The notes beneath the pieces were generated by a model. It did not search any database. It had not been told where the DNA came from and saw only the letters and a program-made list of their open reading frames with translations. Positions 9,180 through 18,648 of a stretch of 27,098 nucleotides of DNA are shown one piece after another; within the stretch, counting starts at the first letter, position 1, and each line of letters opens with the position of its first letter. Where the stretch lies: the IMG/VR virus record IMGVR_UViG_3300020043_003224, positions 1-27,098 of that record. One strand, 5' to 3'. This DNA is from a virus. Lineage: Duplodnaviria > Caudoviricetes. The translations under genes were made by a program, and so were the position numbers.

Positions 9180-9542
9180 ATGAAACCATCTGAAATCATC
9201 CGAAAAGACGCTATCAGGAATAAAGTTGACCCTGATCGCATACTTCAAAGCATTTCAAATCAACTTTCCTCTAAAACTGCAATCATGTTGCAGTCGGGTG
9301 ATTCAGTATTGATTCTGAAAAAACTTGGTGGTGGAAATGTTGAGCTACATCTGTTTACCGTTGAAGAGCCTAAAGCATTGATACGCTCTTTAAAGACATT
9401 CATTGAGAAAATTCGTGCCACAGACATTGAGTATGTTTATGGGCGTGCTGATAACCAACAGATTTTGAAAATGCTGAGAATGCTAGGGGTTGAGGTTGAG
9501 GAATCTGACATCAAGCCTTACAACTGGAGGGCGAAAGTATGA
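9180..9542 (+). CDS. Hypothetical protein, possible GNAT-fold assembly factor (T7 gp13 position)
   Basis: Lies between tail and internal virion genes; C-terminal VYGRADNQQILKMLRMLG resembles GNAT motif B. Fold is inferred. Confidence 0.5.
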   Translation: MKPSEIIRKDAIRNKVDPDRILQSISNQLSSKTAIMLQSGDSVLILKKLGGGNVELHLFTVEEPKALIRSLKTFIEKIRATDIEYVYGRADNQQILKMLRMLGVEVEESDIKPYNWRAKV

Positions 9543-11242
9543 GAGCACATCGATTTGATTTTCCTGATCTGCCAATCAATGCGTTTTTGCATATCGGGGA
9601 TAGACGCATTAAGCCTCATGGCCCTGTATCAAGTGCAGTTGAAACAGTTAGTGATGTTGTCGGTGGCGCGGTTGAATCTGTTGGCGATATTGGCTCGCAA
9701 GTTGATGACTTTGTTAACGAAGAAATCCCTGGTGGCTGGGCAACAGTTGGTATTGCCGCTGGTGTAGCTGCTGGCCCTGATCTTTTTGGCGCTGGAGCAG
9801 CAGAGGCGGCTGGCGCTGAAGGTGGTCTTTTAGGCGGGTTGGCTGAAGATGTTGCTGCTCAACAAGCCGCCGCCTCTAGTATGGCTGGTGGTGGACTGCC
9901 TGGAGTTACATTTTTAGATGATGTATATGCTCAACAAGCCGCTGCCGCTGGCATGGCTGGTGGAGAACTTGCAGGAGCTACATTTTTAGACGATATAGCC
10001 GCACAACAAGCCGCTGCTGCGGGTATGTCTGGAGCAGGAGCCGCAGGATTAGGTGCTGCCGCAGGAGCCGCAGGAGCCGCAGGAGCAGGGACTGCTGGTG
10101 GTGCTCTTGGCGCTACTGGAGGCGGTCTTCTAAGTGGTGTTGCTTCTGGAATTGCAAGAGGATTAACTGGCCCACAAACAGTTCAAGGACTGTTGACTGG
10201 CGCAGGCGGTCTAATTCAAGGTCAACAGGATGTTGAGGCTCGTCGTCAGTTGGCAGATCAACTTCGTGCCGCTGCTCAACAGGCTTCTGCTCAGGCTCAA
10301 TTCCGACCTGTTGGCATTACTACACGATTTGGCACATCAAACTTCCAAGTTAATCCGCAGACTGGTCAGCTAGAAGCCGCTGGATACGAAGTTTCTCCTG
10401 AAATGAAGGCTTTGCAAGACCGTTTAATGGGTCTAGCAGGCACTGGATTGACTCAGGCAGAGCAGGCTCAAGCTGAGTTTGCTCCGTTGGGCGGTGCGGC
10501 TCAAGGTCTGTTTGGTCTTGGTGAGAAGTATTTGGCTCGTACACCGCAAGAGGTTGCCCAACAATATGTTCAGCGTCAACAAGCCTTGTTACAGCCTGAA
10601 CAAGAGCGTCAATTGGCAAGCATCCAAAACCGTTTACAGCGAACTGGTCGTGGTGGTTTGGCAGTGGCTCAAGGTGGTCAACTGCAACCTACAAGCCCTG
10701 AATTGGCTGCTTATTACAACGCTCTTGCCCAGCAGAATCTGCAATTGGCGGCTCAGGGTGAGCAGGCTGGTCAGCAAGCCACTCAGTTTGGCGCAGGATT
10801 GTTTGGCACAGGGGCTAACTTGCTTGGTCAGCGATATGCTGGTCAACAGGCGGCTTTGACTCCGTTTAGCCAGTATTTGGCTGGTGTTGGCGGGATTGAA
10901 TCTCAAGCTCAACAACCTTTGACTTTATCCGCTAACTTAGGTCAACTTGCTTCAAATGCGGGTTATCGTGCTGGTGCGCTTGGACTGCAAGGCAATTTGG
11001 GTGCTGCTCAAGCAATGTATCCTGCAAATGCTTACAGCCCGACCTCTCAGATTCTTGGTGGCTTAGGCCAGAGTCCTTTGGCGGCTGGATTGATTGGTCA
11101 AGGCGTGAGTGGTTTGCTTGGCGCAGGGATTGGAATGCTTGGAAGTGGAGCACAGGCTGCTCTTTCCAACACTGCTTTAGGTAGTTCAGGGTTTGGCACT
11201 GGTCTTGCCTATGGAAACGAAGACTACAGCGTGTATATCTAA
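9539..11242 (+). CDS. Internal virion (ejection) protein 1, Gly/Ala/Gln-rich
   Basis: 567 aa, low-complexity G/A/Q, first of three consecutive large helical ORFs after the tail genes. Confidence 0.7.
   Translation: MRAHRFDFPDLPINAFLHIGDRRIKPHGPVSSAVETVSDVVGGAVESVGDIGSQVDDFVNEEIPGGWATVGIAAGVAAGPDLFGAGAAEAAGAEGGLLGGLAEDVAAQQAAASSMAGGGLPGVTFLDDVYAQQAAAAGMAGGELAGATFLDDIAAQQAAAAGMSGAGAAGLGAAAGAAGAAGAGTAGGALGATGGGLLSGVASGIARGLTGPQTVQGLLTGAGGLIQGQQDVEARRQLADQLRAAAQQASAQAQFRPVGITTRFGTSNFQVNPQTGQLEAAGYEVSPEMKALQDRLMGLAGTGLTQAEQAQAEFAPLGGAAQGLFGLGEKYLARTPQEVAQQYVQRQQALLQPEQERQLASIQNRLQRTGRGGLAVAQGGQLQPTSPELAAYYNALAQQNLQLAAQGEQAGQQATQFGAGLFGTGANLLGQRYAGQQAALTPFSQYLAGVGGIESQAQQPLTLSANLGQLASNAGYRAGALGLQGNLGAAQAMYPANAYSPTSQILGGLGQSPLAAGLIGQGVSGLLGAGIGMLGSGAQAALSNTALGSSGFGTGLAYGNEDYSVYI
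9845..10035 (+). repeat. Intragenic 72-nt (24-aa) tandem repeat, about 2.5 copies
   Basis: GC(T/A)CAACAAGCCGC recurs at 9857, 9929 and 10001; protein unit AQQAAAxxMAGGxLxGxTFLDDxx. Confidence 0.85.
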
Positions 11243-11252
11243 GGAGTAAAGA

Positions 11253-12482
11253 ATGGCAACAGACATCGTTGGAAGCCTGTTTGGTATATCTCCTGAGATG
11301 TACCAGCAACAGATGAACCGTCAGGCACTGCAAGATGCAGTTGCCATGCAAAGACTCAGCCCATTGGAGCGTGCTGGCGCATTGACTCAGGCTGGTGCTT
11401 ACATGGCTGGTCAGGGTGTTGGGGGTGCTTTTGGCATTGAAGACCCGATGCTAAAGATAATCACGGCTCGACAGCAAGTTGGTGGCACTATTGATTTCAC
11501 AGACCCAGAATCTATTGCTGCTGGTGTCCGTCGGCTTGCAGGCATGGGAGATACACAAGGTGCTGGACTCCTTGCTCAAGAAGGAAGAAAAGCTCTTGAA
11601 AGTTCTGCCCTTGTTGCTCAAAGACAAGCCTCAGCAAAAAGAGAGCGTCAACAGGCAATTCCTGCTTCAATTCAGGTGGCAAATGAACTAGCAAACCTTG
11701 ATTTGGCAAGAGTGCAAGTTGAGGCAATGCCAGATAGTCCTGAAAAAACAGACGCACTTAGAGTTATTCGTGTTCGCACTGAGGCCTTGCAAAAGCAGGG
11801 TAAAGAATTTGCGCCAACTGAAATCCAAAAGTTGCAAGAATATAAGGCATCTCTTGTGGAACAAGGCGCTCCAGCAGACCAAATCGCTGAAGTTGATGCA
11901 ATCATTAAAGCTCTTCCTGGCAGAGGTAAAACGACAATCACAAATATTCTTGGCTCTGAAAAGATTGGTAGCATCCCTGATTTCAGAAACAATGTTCGAC
12001 AGACAATTAAGCCACAACTTGATGTGATTACATCAACAGATCAGGCTTTGAATCAGCTTCAGTTGTCTATAAACAACAACAACCCTGCGGCTTTTAATGC
12101 TGCACGACTTCAATTGGCTCGTGCGATTGGAGGAAGTGGTGATATATCCAATAAAGAGATTCAGGCGGCTGGTGGTGACCCATCGCTTTATGGAAGAATA
12201 ATTGATACAACATCGTCAATTATTACTGGAACTCCAAGTATTGAGACTCAGAATAACATTAAAAAGACACTCAATGCACTTCAGACTATTGCTAAGAAAA
12301 AGGCAAATGATGAGATTGGCGTTCAGATTCGTCTTGGTGTTCGTAGCAAAATTGGCACTGAATCTGAACTTAAAGAAGCCTTTGATTTTCCTGAGTTGAG
12401 AGGTGGAACTGGTGGTAGCGTTGGTATTGATGATCTGGCTTCACAGGCCGCCGCTGAACTTGCTCGCCGTCAAAAACGCTGA
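11253..12482 (+). CDS. Internal virion (ejection) protein 2
   Basis: 409-aa helical A/Q-rich protein; AAGGAG RBS; position. Confidence 0.65.
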   Translation: MATDIVGSLFGISPEMYQQQMNRQALQDAVAMQRLSPLERAGALTQAGAYMAGQGVGGAFGIEDPMLKIITARQQVGGTIDFTDPESIAAGVRRLAGMGDTQGAGLLAQEGRKALESSALVAQRQASAKRERQQAIPASIQVANELANLDLARVQVEAMPDSPEKTDALRVIRVRTEALQKQGKEFAPTEIQKLQEYKASLVEQGAPADQIAEVDAIIKALPGRGKTTITNILGSEKIGSIPDFRNNVRQTIKPQLDVITSTDQALNQLQLSINNNNPAAFNAARLQLARAIGGSGDISNKEIQAAGGDPSLYGRIIDTTSSIITGTPSIETQNNIKKTLNALQTIAKKKANDEIGVQIRLGVRSKIGTESELKEAFDFPELRGGTGGSVGIDDLASQAAAELARRQKR

Positions 12483-12493
12483 TAGGAATAAAC

Positions 12494-15169
12494 ATGGCAC
12501 TTGATCTATCAAAACTCACCGATGCTGAACTGCAAAGCATTTCTTCTGGTAATCTAAGCAATTTATCAGACGAAACATTGCGAATGATTGCTGGTGAGCA
12601 AGCGCCTGCTCCTGCTGGTGACTATCGTGTAGAGGCTTTGCGCCGTGGTTTTGCTGGCACTGCTGGCGCTGTTTCTGGCATATCAAATGTGGTTTTTGAT
12701 ACTCTTGCTAAACTTGGTATAGACCCACTTCGCCTTAGCAGACAAGCAACTGGTAGACCTGTTGAGCCTCCTGCCGCAACGATTGGAGAGGCTTTTACTG
12801 CTGGTCGTGCTGGCGTTGAGCAACCTTTAATGCAAGCTCTTGGCTCCACTGGAGCTATGCCTCAAACTGGCCCTCAAAGAATCATTGCAGGCGGCTTAGA
12901 AGCAGTTACATCGCCAGAATCGTATCTTTTCCCGCCTTTAGCTGGTGTTCGCCGCATGGGATTGCTTGGGCAAACTATTATGCGTCCTACTGAACAGGCC
13001 GTTATTGGTGCAGGCGGTCAGGCTGGGGCTATTGCTGGAGAGGAAGTTCAGCGAAAGGCTACTGGCGAAACGGGCATGACTGGTAGTATTTTGGGCGGTT
13101 TGCTTGGAGGTGCTGGTTCTGCTTATGGTCTTGGTACATTTCTTAAGGCTGGCCCTTTGGCTGGAAAAGGATGGGATGTTGCTAAAGGACAATGGGATAA
13201 AGTTCGTGGCACAGTCCCTGAAGATGAGTTGCTCAAGGATGTGGATAACCGCATCAGCAACATCTTTATTGCCGCTGGAGCCGCTGACCCCAACTTTATG
13301 AAGGTGCTTGAAGAGGCCGCCAAAGCTCAAAAAGGCGCATCTTTGAAAGCTCCTGGAGGTCAAGAAGTACAGATGCCTTTGAGTGCATTATTGGCTGACA
13401 ACCCTGTCATCAACAACTTTATCCAAAGTCTGTCATCTAAAGACCCTGTTTTCAGGGCACAGTATGGCAATCAGTTTGAGGCCGCAAAACAAGCATTGGT
13501 TGCCAATCAAATCAAGATTTTTGGCGACCCAACAAAAGTTACTGTTAACTTACAGCCAACCGATCTTGGAAAGATTCAGGCTCGTAAAGTTCAAAGCCTT
13601 GATGAGCAACTTCAGTCTGCTTCTCGGGATTACTCAATTGACCCAAATGCTGTTGGTCAACGCATCGATAACTTGGTTTTGCAAAAAGAGAAAGCGGCTC
13701 GTGCTCAGGTTCAGCCTCTTTATACAGAGGCTTTTGATATTGCCAAACAAAAGAATGTTGAATTGCCTGCTGCATCTGTTGATGACATTTATAACTTTGT
13801 TGCTGGCGAACAGGCTTCTGACATCTTCAAAACCTTCCCATCTATCTACAACAGAGTTCGTGCAAAATTCCGTCCTGAAACGACAGAACCTAGCGCAATC
13901 TTGACTGAAACTGGCGCTCCAATGCGTCCAGGTGGGGTTCAGTTTTCTGCCGCCACTGTTGAAGACCTTGATTCTCTGAAGCGTGAAATCAATGCTCAGT
14001 TGCGTAAAGCCAATGACCCTGCTGACATCCGTTTGCTATCTGAGCTAAAGAATCGAGTTGGAGGTCACATTGATGCGCTTGACACTGATTTTGTCACGGC
14101 TTATCGCAATGCCGACAATGCTTATTTACAAAATGTTGGACTTCCTTTCTCGTCTGAAACGCTGAGATCAGTTGATCGAAAGAAGTTTGTTGAGCAGATT
14201 GTTCCCGCCATCATTGGCAACAAGTCAAATGTTGATGAGTTCATCAGAGTCACTGGCGCTGATGGAGAAAAAGTGGTTCGTGATGTATTCCTTGACAGCT
14301 TTACCAAGGCTGCTTTGAAGAACGATGTCATTGACCCCAAAGCCGCTAATAAATGGCTTGCCAAGAATCGTGGCGGCGTGAGCCTTGTCCCTGGGTTAGA
14401 AGATGAACTTCGTGGCTCTATTGATAATGTTCAGGCTTTGATTAACCAAAAGAATCGCTTGAATGCAGACTTCCAGCGTGTTGCTGGCGAGCAAATTCTT
14501 GGTAAAGAAGGCTTTTCTAGCCCACAACAGTTAGTAAACAAGATGTATGGCGATTTGAACTTCACGACAAAGTTCATGTCAAATTCTGGCTATGGTCAGA
14601 ACAAAGATGCCGTAAATGCGGTTCGCTCGTTCATGCTGGATGACATTGTGAATAGTGCTGACCCTGTTGGATTGTTAACTGACAGAAACAAAGCGGCAGT
14701 GTTCAACCGAGTGTTTGGCCCGACCTATGCTCAGAAAGTAGCAGATTTTGCTACCGTTTCTGACAGATTGCTGAAAGACATTACTCAAGTGCCATTCCGT
14801 GGCGAAACTGTGCCAAAAACGCCAATTGAGACACTTACTGGCATTCCTCCTGAACAGATCATTAGTCGCATCTACAACCCTGTTTCTGGCCCGTTGTATG
14901 CGATTACTTCGTTGTTCAGCAAATATTGGGCAAATCAAGCGTCCAAGCAAACTGAGGAAAAACTCAAAGAGTTGTTGTTAAATCCTTCTGATGCAGTGAA
15001 AGTGTTTAGGTCTGTTGAGTCAAAAGCCCAAGCCTTTGACCAGAAAAAGATTCAAGAAGCCATTGATATTGGCAAAAAATACGGTATTCAGTGGGTTGCT
15101 GATGCTGTAAACGACTTGTCTACTGGTGCGGCTCGTGGCGCCATTCAGCAAATGGAACCAGTTGAGTAA
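12494..15169 (+). CDS. Large internal virion (ejection) protein 3
   Basis: 891 aa, Gly-rich hydrophobic N-terminal part and helical remainder; last structural gene before lysis. Confidence 0.65.
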   Translation: MALDLSKLTDAELQSISSGNLSNLSDETLRMIAGEQAPAPAGDYRVEALRRGFAGTAGAVSGISNVVFDTLAKLGIDPLRLSRQATGRPVEPPAATIGEAFTAGRAGVEQPLMQALGSTGAMPQTGPQRIIAGGLEAVTSPESYLFPPLAGVRRMGLLGQTIMRPTEQAVIGAGGQAGAIAGEEVQRKATGETGMTGSILGGLLGGAGSAYGLGTFLKAGPLAGKGWDVAKGQWDKVRGTVPEDELLKDVDNRISNIFIAAGAADPNFMKVLEEAAKAQKGASLKAPGGQEVQMPLSALLADNPVINNFIQSLSSKDPVFRAQYGNQFEAAKQALVANQIKIFGDPTKVTVNLQPTDLGKIQARKVQSLDEQLQSASRDYSIDPNAVGQRIDNLVLQKEKAARAQVQPLYTEAFDIAKQKNVELPAASVDDIYNFVAGEQASDIFKTFPSIYNRVRAKFRPETTEPSAILTETGAPMRPGGVQFSAATVEDLDSLKREINAQLRKANDPADIRLLSELKNRVGGHIDALDTDFVTAYRNADNAYLQNVGLPFSSETLRSVDRKKFVEQIVPAIIGNKSNVDEFIRVTGADGEKVVRDVFLDSFTKAALKNDVIDPKAANKWLAKNRGGVSLVPGLEDELRGSIDNVQALINQKNRLNADFQRVAGEQILGKEGFSSPQQLVNKMYGDLNFTTKFMSNSGYGQNKDAVNAVRSFMLDDIVNSADPVGLLTDRNKAAVFNRVFGPTYAQKVADFATVSDRLLKDITQVPFRGETVPKTPIETLTGIPPEQIISRIYNPVSGPLYAITSLFSKYWANQASKQTEEKLKELLLNPSDAVKVFRSVESKAQAFDQKKIQEAIDIGKKYGIQWVADAVNDLSTGAARGAIQQMEPVE

Positions 15170-15670
15170 ATGGAACCAATCAGCACTGCTCTTGCCGCCT
15201 TTGCAGCCGTTCAGAAGGCTGTACAAGTCATCAAACAGGCTCAGAAGACTGTTAACGATGTTTCCTCACTTGCCCCTATGTTGGGGCAATATTTTGGGGC
15301 AAAGAAAGACGCTACACAGGCGCTAGAGCAGGCAAAGAAAGAGGGTGGCTCATCCCTTGCCAAAGCGGTTGAGATTGAGATTCAACTGATGCAACAAAGG
15401 GAGTGGGAAGAGGGTCTGAAGATGATCTTCTTCCAGACTGGACGGGCTGATGTCTGGGAAGCCATCCAAAAGCGTGTGGCTGAGGGCGAAGAGGCTGAAA
15501 GAGAGGCTCGTAGACGGGCTAATGATGCCGCCAAGAAGAGGGCCAAAAAGATGGCTCAGATGGTTGAGATAGGCATTGCTGTTGGCCTCTTGGTGATTCT
15601 GGTTCCTCCGCTGATTTGGGTGCTGATTCAGGGCCTGCTGTATGCCAAAGACAATGGGTGGTTCAAATGA
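15170..15670 (+). CDS. Membrane-anchored coiled-coil protein
   Basis: Charged helix followed by C-terminal TM IGIAVGLLVILVPPLIWVLI. Confidence 0.7.
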   Translation: MEPISTALAAFAAVQKAVQVIKQAQKTVNDVSSLAPMLGQYFGAKKDATQALEQAKKEGGSSLAKAVEIEIQLMQQREWEEGLKMIFFQTGRADVWEAIQKRVAEGEEAEREARRRANDAAKKRAKKMAQMVEIGIAVGLLVILVPPLIWVLIQGLLYAKDNGWFK

Positions 15671-15918
15671 ATGAAGAAGACCCGATGGGCTACTTTCTCA
15701 AGAAGTTGGCCCTATACACCATCGCCATGCTCTATATCGTGTTGTTGGCTGGCATTCTCACAGGCTGCGATATGCCCGAGTTCTACCGCTACCAGTGCAT
15801 GGACTCAAAGAACTGGGATAAACCCGCCTGTAAGCGTCCTGAATGCGAGATTTTGGGCGAATGTCCTGACCAACTGATGAAGCCAGAACTGACTAAGGGG
15901 CAAACCAATGAACGCTGA
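15667..15918 (+). CDS. Cys-rich lipoprotein (possible o-spanin-like lysis accessory)
   Basis: ATGA overlap start; KK, hydrophobic stretch and LTGC lipobox; four further Cys. Confidence 0.65.
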   Translation: MNEEDPMGYFLKKLALYTIAMLYIVLLAGILTGCDMPEFYRYQCMDSKNWDKPACKRPECEILGECPDQLMKPELTKGQTNER

Positions 15919-16258
15919 AACTATTGAAGCCAAGATCAAACTGATGATTGCCGCCACCTTCTGTTTTACAGTGGTGTGCATGGTCAGTCTGTCCATGTTT
16001 AGTCTTGTGTTTGTTCCCCAGCCCATGTCTGGGATTGCCCCTGCTGACAAACAGTTTTTCTTCCTTTTGTCTGACATGAGTAAGTACATACTTGGCTCAT
16101 TGGGCACTTTGCTGGCAATCAAGGGCAAAGACATGGTGAAAGAGGCTTTGAGCAAGGAGCCTGACCCTGAGAAGCCTGAAGAAAAGGGCACTTGGACGGG
16201 TAGAGGCGATAAACCTGAATGGGTAAAGGAGAAAACCGATGCTACCAATGATCGCTAG
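15908..16258 (+). CDS. Two-TM membrane protein in lysis cassette
   Basis: Two hydrophobic segments and a charged C-terminal tail. Confidence 0.7.
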   Translation: MNAETIEAKIKLMIAATFCFTVVCMVSLSMFSLVFVPQPMSGIAPADKQFFFLLSDMSKYILGSLGTLLAIKGKDMVKEALSKEPDPEKPEEKGTWTGRGDKPEWVKEKTDATNDR

Positions 16259-16718
16259 TATTGTTTCTGGGCTGATTAGCAATGGCTTGCCAAAGGTCGC
16301 TGATGCGGTCATGGAGAAGGGTGTTGACTATGTTCAGGGCAAGTTGGGCGTAGAGTTAAAGCCTGAAGGTCAGATGAGTCAGGAAGATGTCTCTAAGCTC
16401 AAAGAAGCGGCTATGAAACACGAAGAGTTCATGGCTGAACTGGACGAAAAAAGCCGTCAGAGAGCCACTGATATGCAGATGCAGGCCATGAAGTCAGATG
16501 ACCCATTGGTGCGCCGTTTTGTCTATTTCTTCATTGGTTTTTGGTCTATCTTTGCCGCAGCATTCATTCCCAGCCTGATTTGGCTGGACATTCCTGACCA
16601 GAATATGCGCTTTGCAGACACGATTGTGGGCTATGTAATGGGCAGTGTTGTGACCTCTATGTTTGCCTTCCTTCTGGGGTCTAGCCAAGGCTCACGGATG
16701 AAGGATGACAAGAAATGA
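16239..16718 (+). CDS. Putative holin
   Basis: Two C-terminal TMs, FLLGSSQGSRMKD end; overlaps the endolysin start. Confidence 0.65.
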   Translation: MLPMIASIVSGLISNGLPKVADAVMEKGVDYVQGKLGVELKPEGQMSQEDVSKLKEAAMKHEEFMAELDEKSRQRATDMQMQAMKSDDPLVRRFVYFFIGFWSIFAAAFIPSLIWLDIPDQNMRFADTIVGYVMGSVVTSMFAFLLGSSQGSRMKDDKK

Positions 16719-17365
16719 CCCCTGCAATAGAGCAATTGGTAGCCGCTGGCGTGAAAGAGCCTGATAAATGGCTCTCAGCCATCCAACATACTTGCAGTCA
16801 GTTTCAGATCAGTAATGAGCGTAGGATTGCTGGTTTCTTGGCTCAGACTGCCCATGAATCGGCTGGATTTACTGCTCTGACAGAGAATCTGAACTACTCT
16901 GCCGACACAATGGCGGTAGTTTGGCCCAATCGATTTGCTGAAAAAGGGCCTGATGGCAAGCCTATCAAAGAAAATGGCAAAAATAAGCCTAACAAGTTTG
17001 CCCTTGCTCTGCATCGCAAACCAGAGATGATCGCTAATGTAGTCTATTCTGCCCGAATGGGCAATGGGTCTATTGAGTCTGGAGAGGGCTGGAAATACCG
17101 TGGTAGAGGCTTAAAACAGCTCACAGGCAAGGATAACTACACTCGGTGTGGTCAGGGGCTAGGAATCGACCTTGTAGGCTCTCCTGACCTCCTTTTAGAG
17201 CCTCAGTACGCTGCCATGAGTGCTGGGTGGTTCTGGAAGACCAATAAGTGCTTTGAATTTGCTGACAATAACGATTTTGAAGGTCTAACCAAACGAATCA
17301 ATGGTGGTTTAATCGGCTTGGCAGACCGCAAAAGTCGCTATGAGCGTGTTTTGGCGACATTCTAA
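16715..17365 (+). CDS. Glycoside hydrolase family 19 endolysin
   Basis: FLAQTAHESAGF..L.ENLNYS, YRGRGLKQLTGKDNY, SAGWFW and TKRINGG..GLADR motifs. Confidence 0.93.
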   Translation: MTPAIEQLVAAGVKEPDKWLSAIQHTCSQFQISNERRIAGFLAQTAHESAGFTALTENLNYSADTMAVVWPNRFAEKGPDGKPIKENGKNKPNKFALALHRKPEMIANVVYSARMGNGSIESGEGWKYRGRGLKQLTGKDNYTRCGQGLGIDLVGSPDLLLEPQYAAMSAGWFWKTNKCFEFADNNDFEGLTKRINGGLIGLADRKSRYERVLATF

Positions 17366-17652
17366 GTTCTTATGTCCACCCATCTGCTTTTGCAAACCTC
17401 TTTGAATCGATCTTTGGGGTGAGGGCAATCTTGTGGCGGGATAACCACCATAAAGACTGCCTGATACTGACCCCTTGACCCAGGCTCTCTGACCCACCTA
17501 TCAATGTAGGCATCAGGCATCTTTCTCAAGCTGCTCTTGATGGTTTTGATGTGGTAGATGTGAGGCAATTCAGCATGGATTTGCTTTGCAGTTTTGCCAT
17601 TAGGGTTGTCCCTGAGAACTGCTCTGATTGCTGGTGTATGCGGCTTTTTCAC
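17362..17652 (-). CDS. Putative winged-helix DNA-binding protein
   Basis: GTG start after GGAGG preferred to 17676; IRAVLRDNPNGKTAKQIHAEL pattern. Confidence 0.6.
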   Translation of the reverse strand: MKKPHTPAIRAVLRDNPNGKTAKQIHAELPHIYHIKTIKSSLRKMPDAYIDRWVREPGSRGQYQAVFMVVIPPQDCPHPKDRFKEVCKSRWVDIRT

Positions 17653-17809
17653 GCTGCCTCCTGAAGAACCAATCAATAGCCCATTTGCTCACTCCAAACC
17701 GACTGGCAATCTCTTGGTGAGAAAACCCCTGTTCTTTGAGTTTCTGTGCCCTTGCATGATCAAAATTAGCTGGCTTTTTCCCAGCCCCTGGTCGTGCTCC
17801 ACCTCTCAT
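17600..17809 (-). CDS. Small HTH protein
   Basis: ATGA-coupled start; RGGARPGAG then GFSHQEIASRFGVSKWAI helix-turn-helix. Confidence 0.75.
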   Translation of the reverse strand: MRGGARPGAGKKPANFDHARAQKLKEQGFSHQEIASRFGVSKWAIDWFFRRQREKAAYTSNQSSSQGQP

Positions 17810-18018
17810 TTGTTTCCTCTGCTTTCTATTGCAACAGCACAGTCCCAAGCCGTTCCATCATCTTCCCATAAGTCTTCACACAGTTGGGCACACGCCTCAC
17901 GCTCATGGGAAATAACAAGATCGTAAAAACGCACCAATTCTTTACGATGGTTAATCATGGCATCGTGTGACTCAAAACCAGCCTCCCGTGCCATTTGGAG
18001 AATTTCATCTTGGGTCAT
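17806..18018 (-). CDS. Hypothetical phage protein (EREACA-type)
   Basis: MTQDEILQMAREAG...EREACAQLC...AIESRG; ATGA coupling at both ends. Confidence 0.75.
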   Translation of the reverse strand: MTQDEILQMAREAGFESHDAMINHRKELVRFYDLVISHEREACAQLCEDLWEDDGTAWDCAVAIESRGNK

Positions 18019-18197
18019 TTGTTTCCCCTTGCTTCGTCTTCTGTTTTGTAATCCAACCCCAACTCTCTAGCGTTTTCCGCTTTCTTGTCCAAGGCTTGTT
18101 TGATTTTGGCGATGGTTTTCTTGTGGTTGGGGTATCCGCTTATCTTGTCGGCTCTTTCCAACGCCACTAACGCCAGTCTCAATGCTTCATCTTTCAT
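18015..18197 (-). CDS. Hypothetical protein (MKDEALRLAL family)
   Basis: ATGA coupling; shares its N-terminus with the adjacent gene. Confidence 0.75.
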   Translation of the reverse strand: MKDEALRLALVALERADKISGYPNHKKTIAKIKQALDKKAENARELGLDYKTEDEARGNK

Positions 18198-18496
18198 GTG
18201 TTCTTCTCCTTGAGTGGGGATGTGTAAAGTGGCGTGACCATTGCTCTCAGCTCATCTGGTTTGGTCTTGGAAAAATAATTCGGCTCATCCTCATTGCCAA
18301 AATCAACATACCAAGCAAACGGCTCATGTTGCGTTTTTTCTATTTTTGCGACAGGTTCTTGTGATGTGTTGCTGTCGGCAACAGATTGTTTCAAGGCTTG
18401 TTTGATGGCGGCGATGGCTGGCTGTCTTGCCTCAAGCCATGATGGCCCAGGATATTCCAACGCCTTCAACGCCAGCCTCAATGCTTCGTCTTTCAT
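18194..18496 (-). CDS. Hypothetical protein (MKDEALRLAL family)
   Basis: Start at 18496 is coupled to the upstream stop; QEPVA...EPFAW...PLYTSP motifs. Confidence 0.75.
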   Translation of the reverse strand: MKDEALRLALKALEYPGPSWLEARQPAIAAIKQALKQSVADSNTSQEPVAKIEKTQHEPFAWYVDFGNEDEPNYFSKTKPDELRAMVTPLYTSPLKEKNT

Positions 18497-18648
18497 TTCA
18501 TCCCCCTCATTTCCCATCCCAGAAGAAAGTATTTCCAGCGGGTCTGGACAGTGTTGCTCACATAGCCCTGATTTTTTCTTTTCAACTCTTCTTTTGAATA
18601 GCCATTTGCCTTCATCAAAGTTTCAAAGACTTTTTGAGCTTCAGTCAT
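18493..18648 (-). CDS. Hypothetical protein, 51 aa (not in ORF track)
   Basis: MTEAQKVFETLMKANGYSKEELKRKNQGYVSNTVQTRWKYFLLGWEMRGMK; ATGA overlaps on both sides. Confidence 0.75.
   Translation of the reverse strand: MTEAQKVFETLMKANGYSKEELKRKNQGYVSNTVQTRWKYFLLGWEMRGMK

Noticed and set aside
13383-13904. 173-aa alternative-frame ORF inside the large ejection protein
   Set aside because: Leu/Ser-rich shadow translation with a GTG start and no RBS or motif, unlike the MTase overlap.
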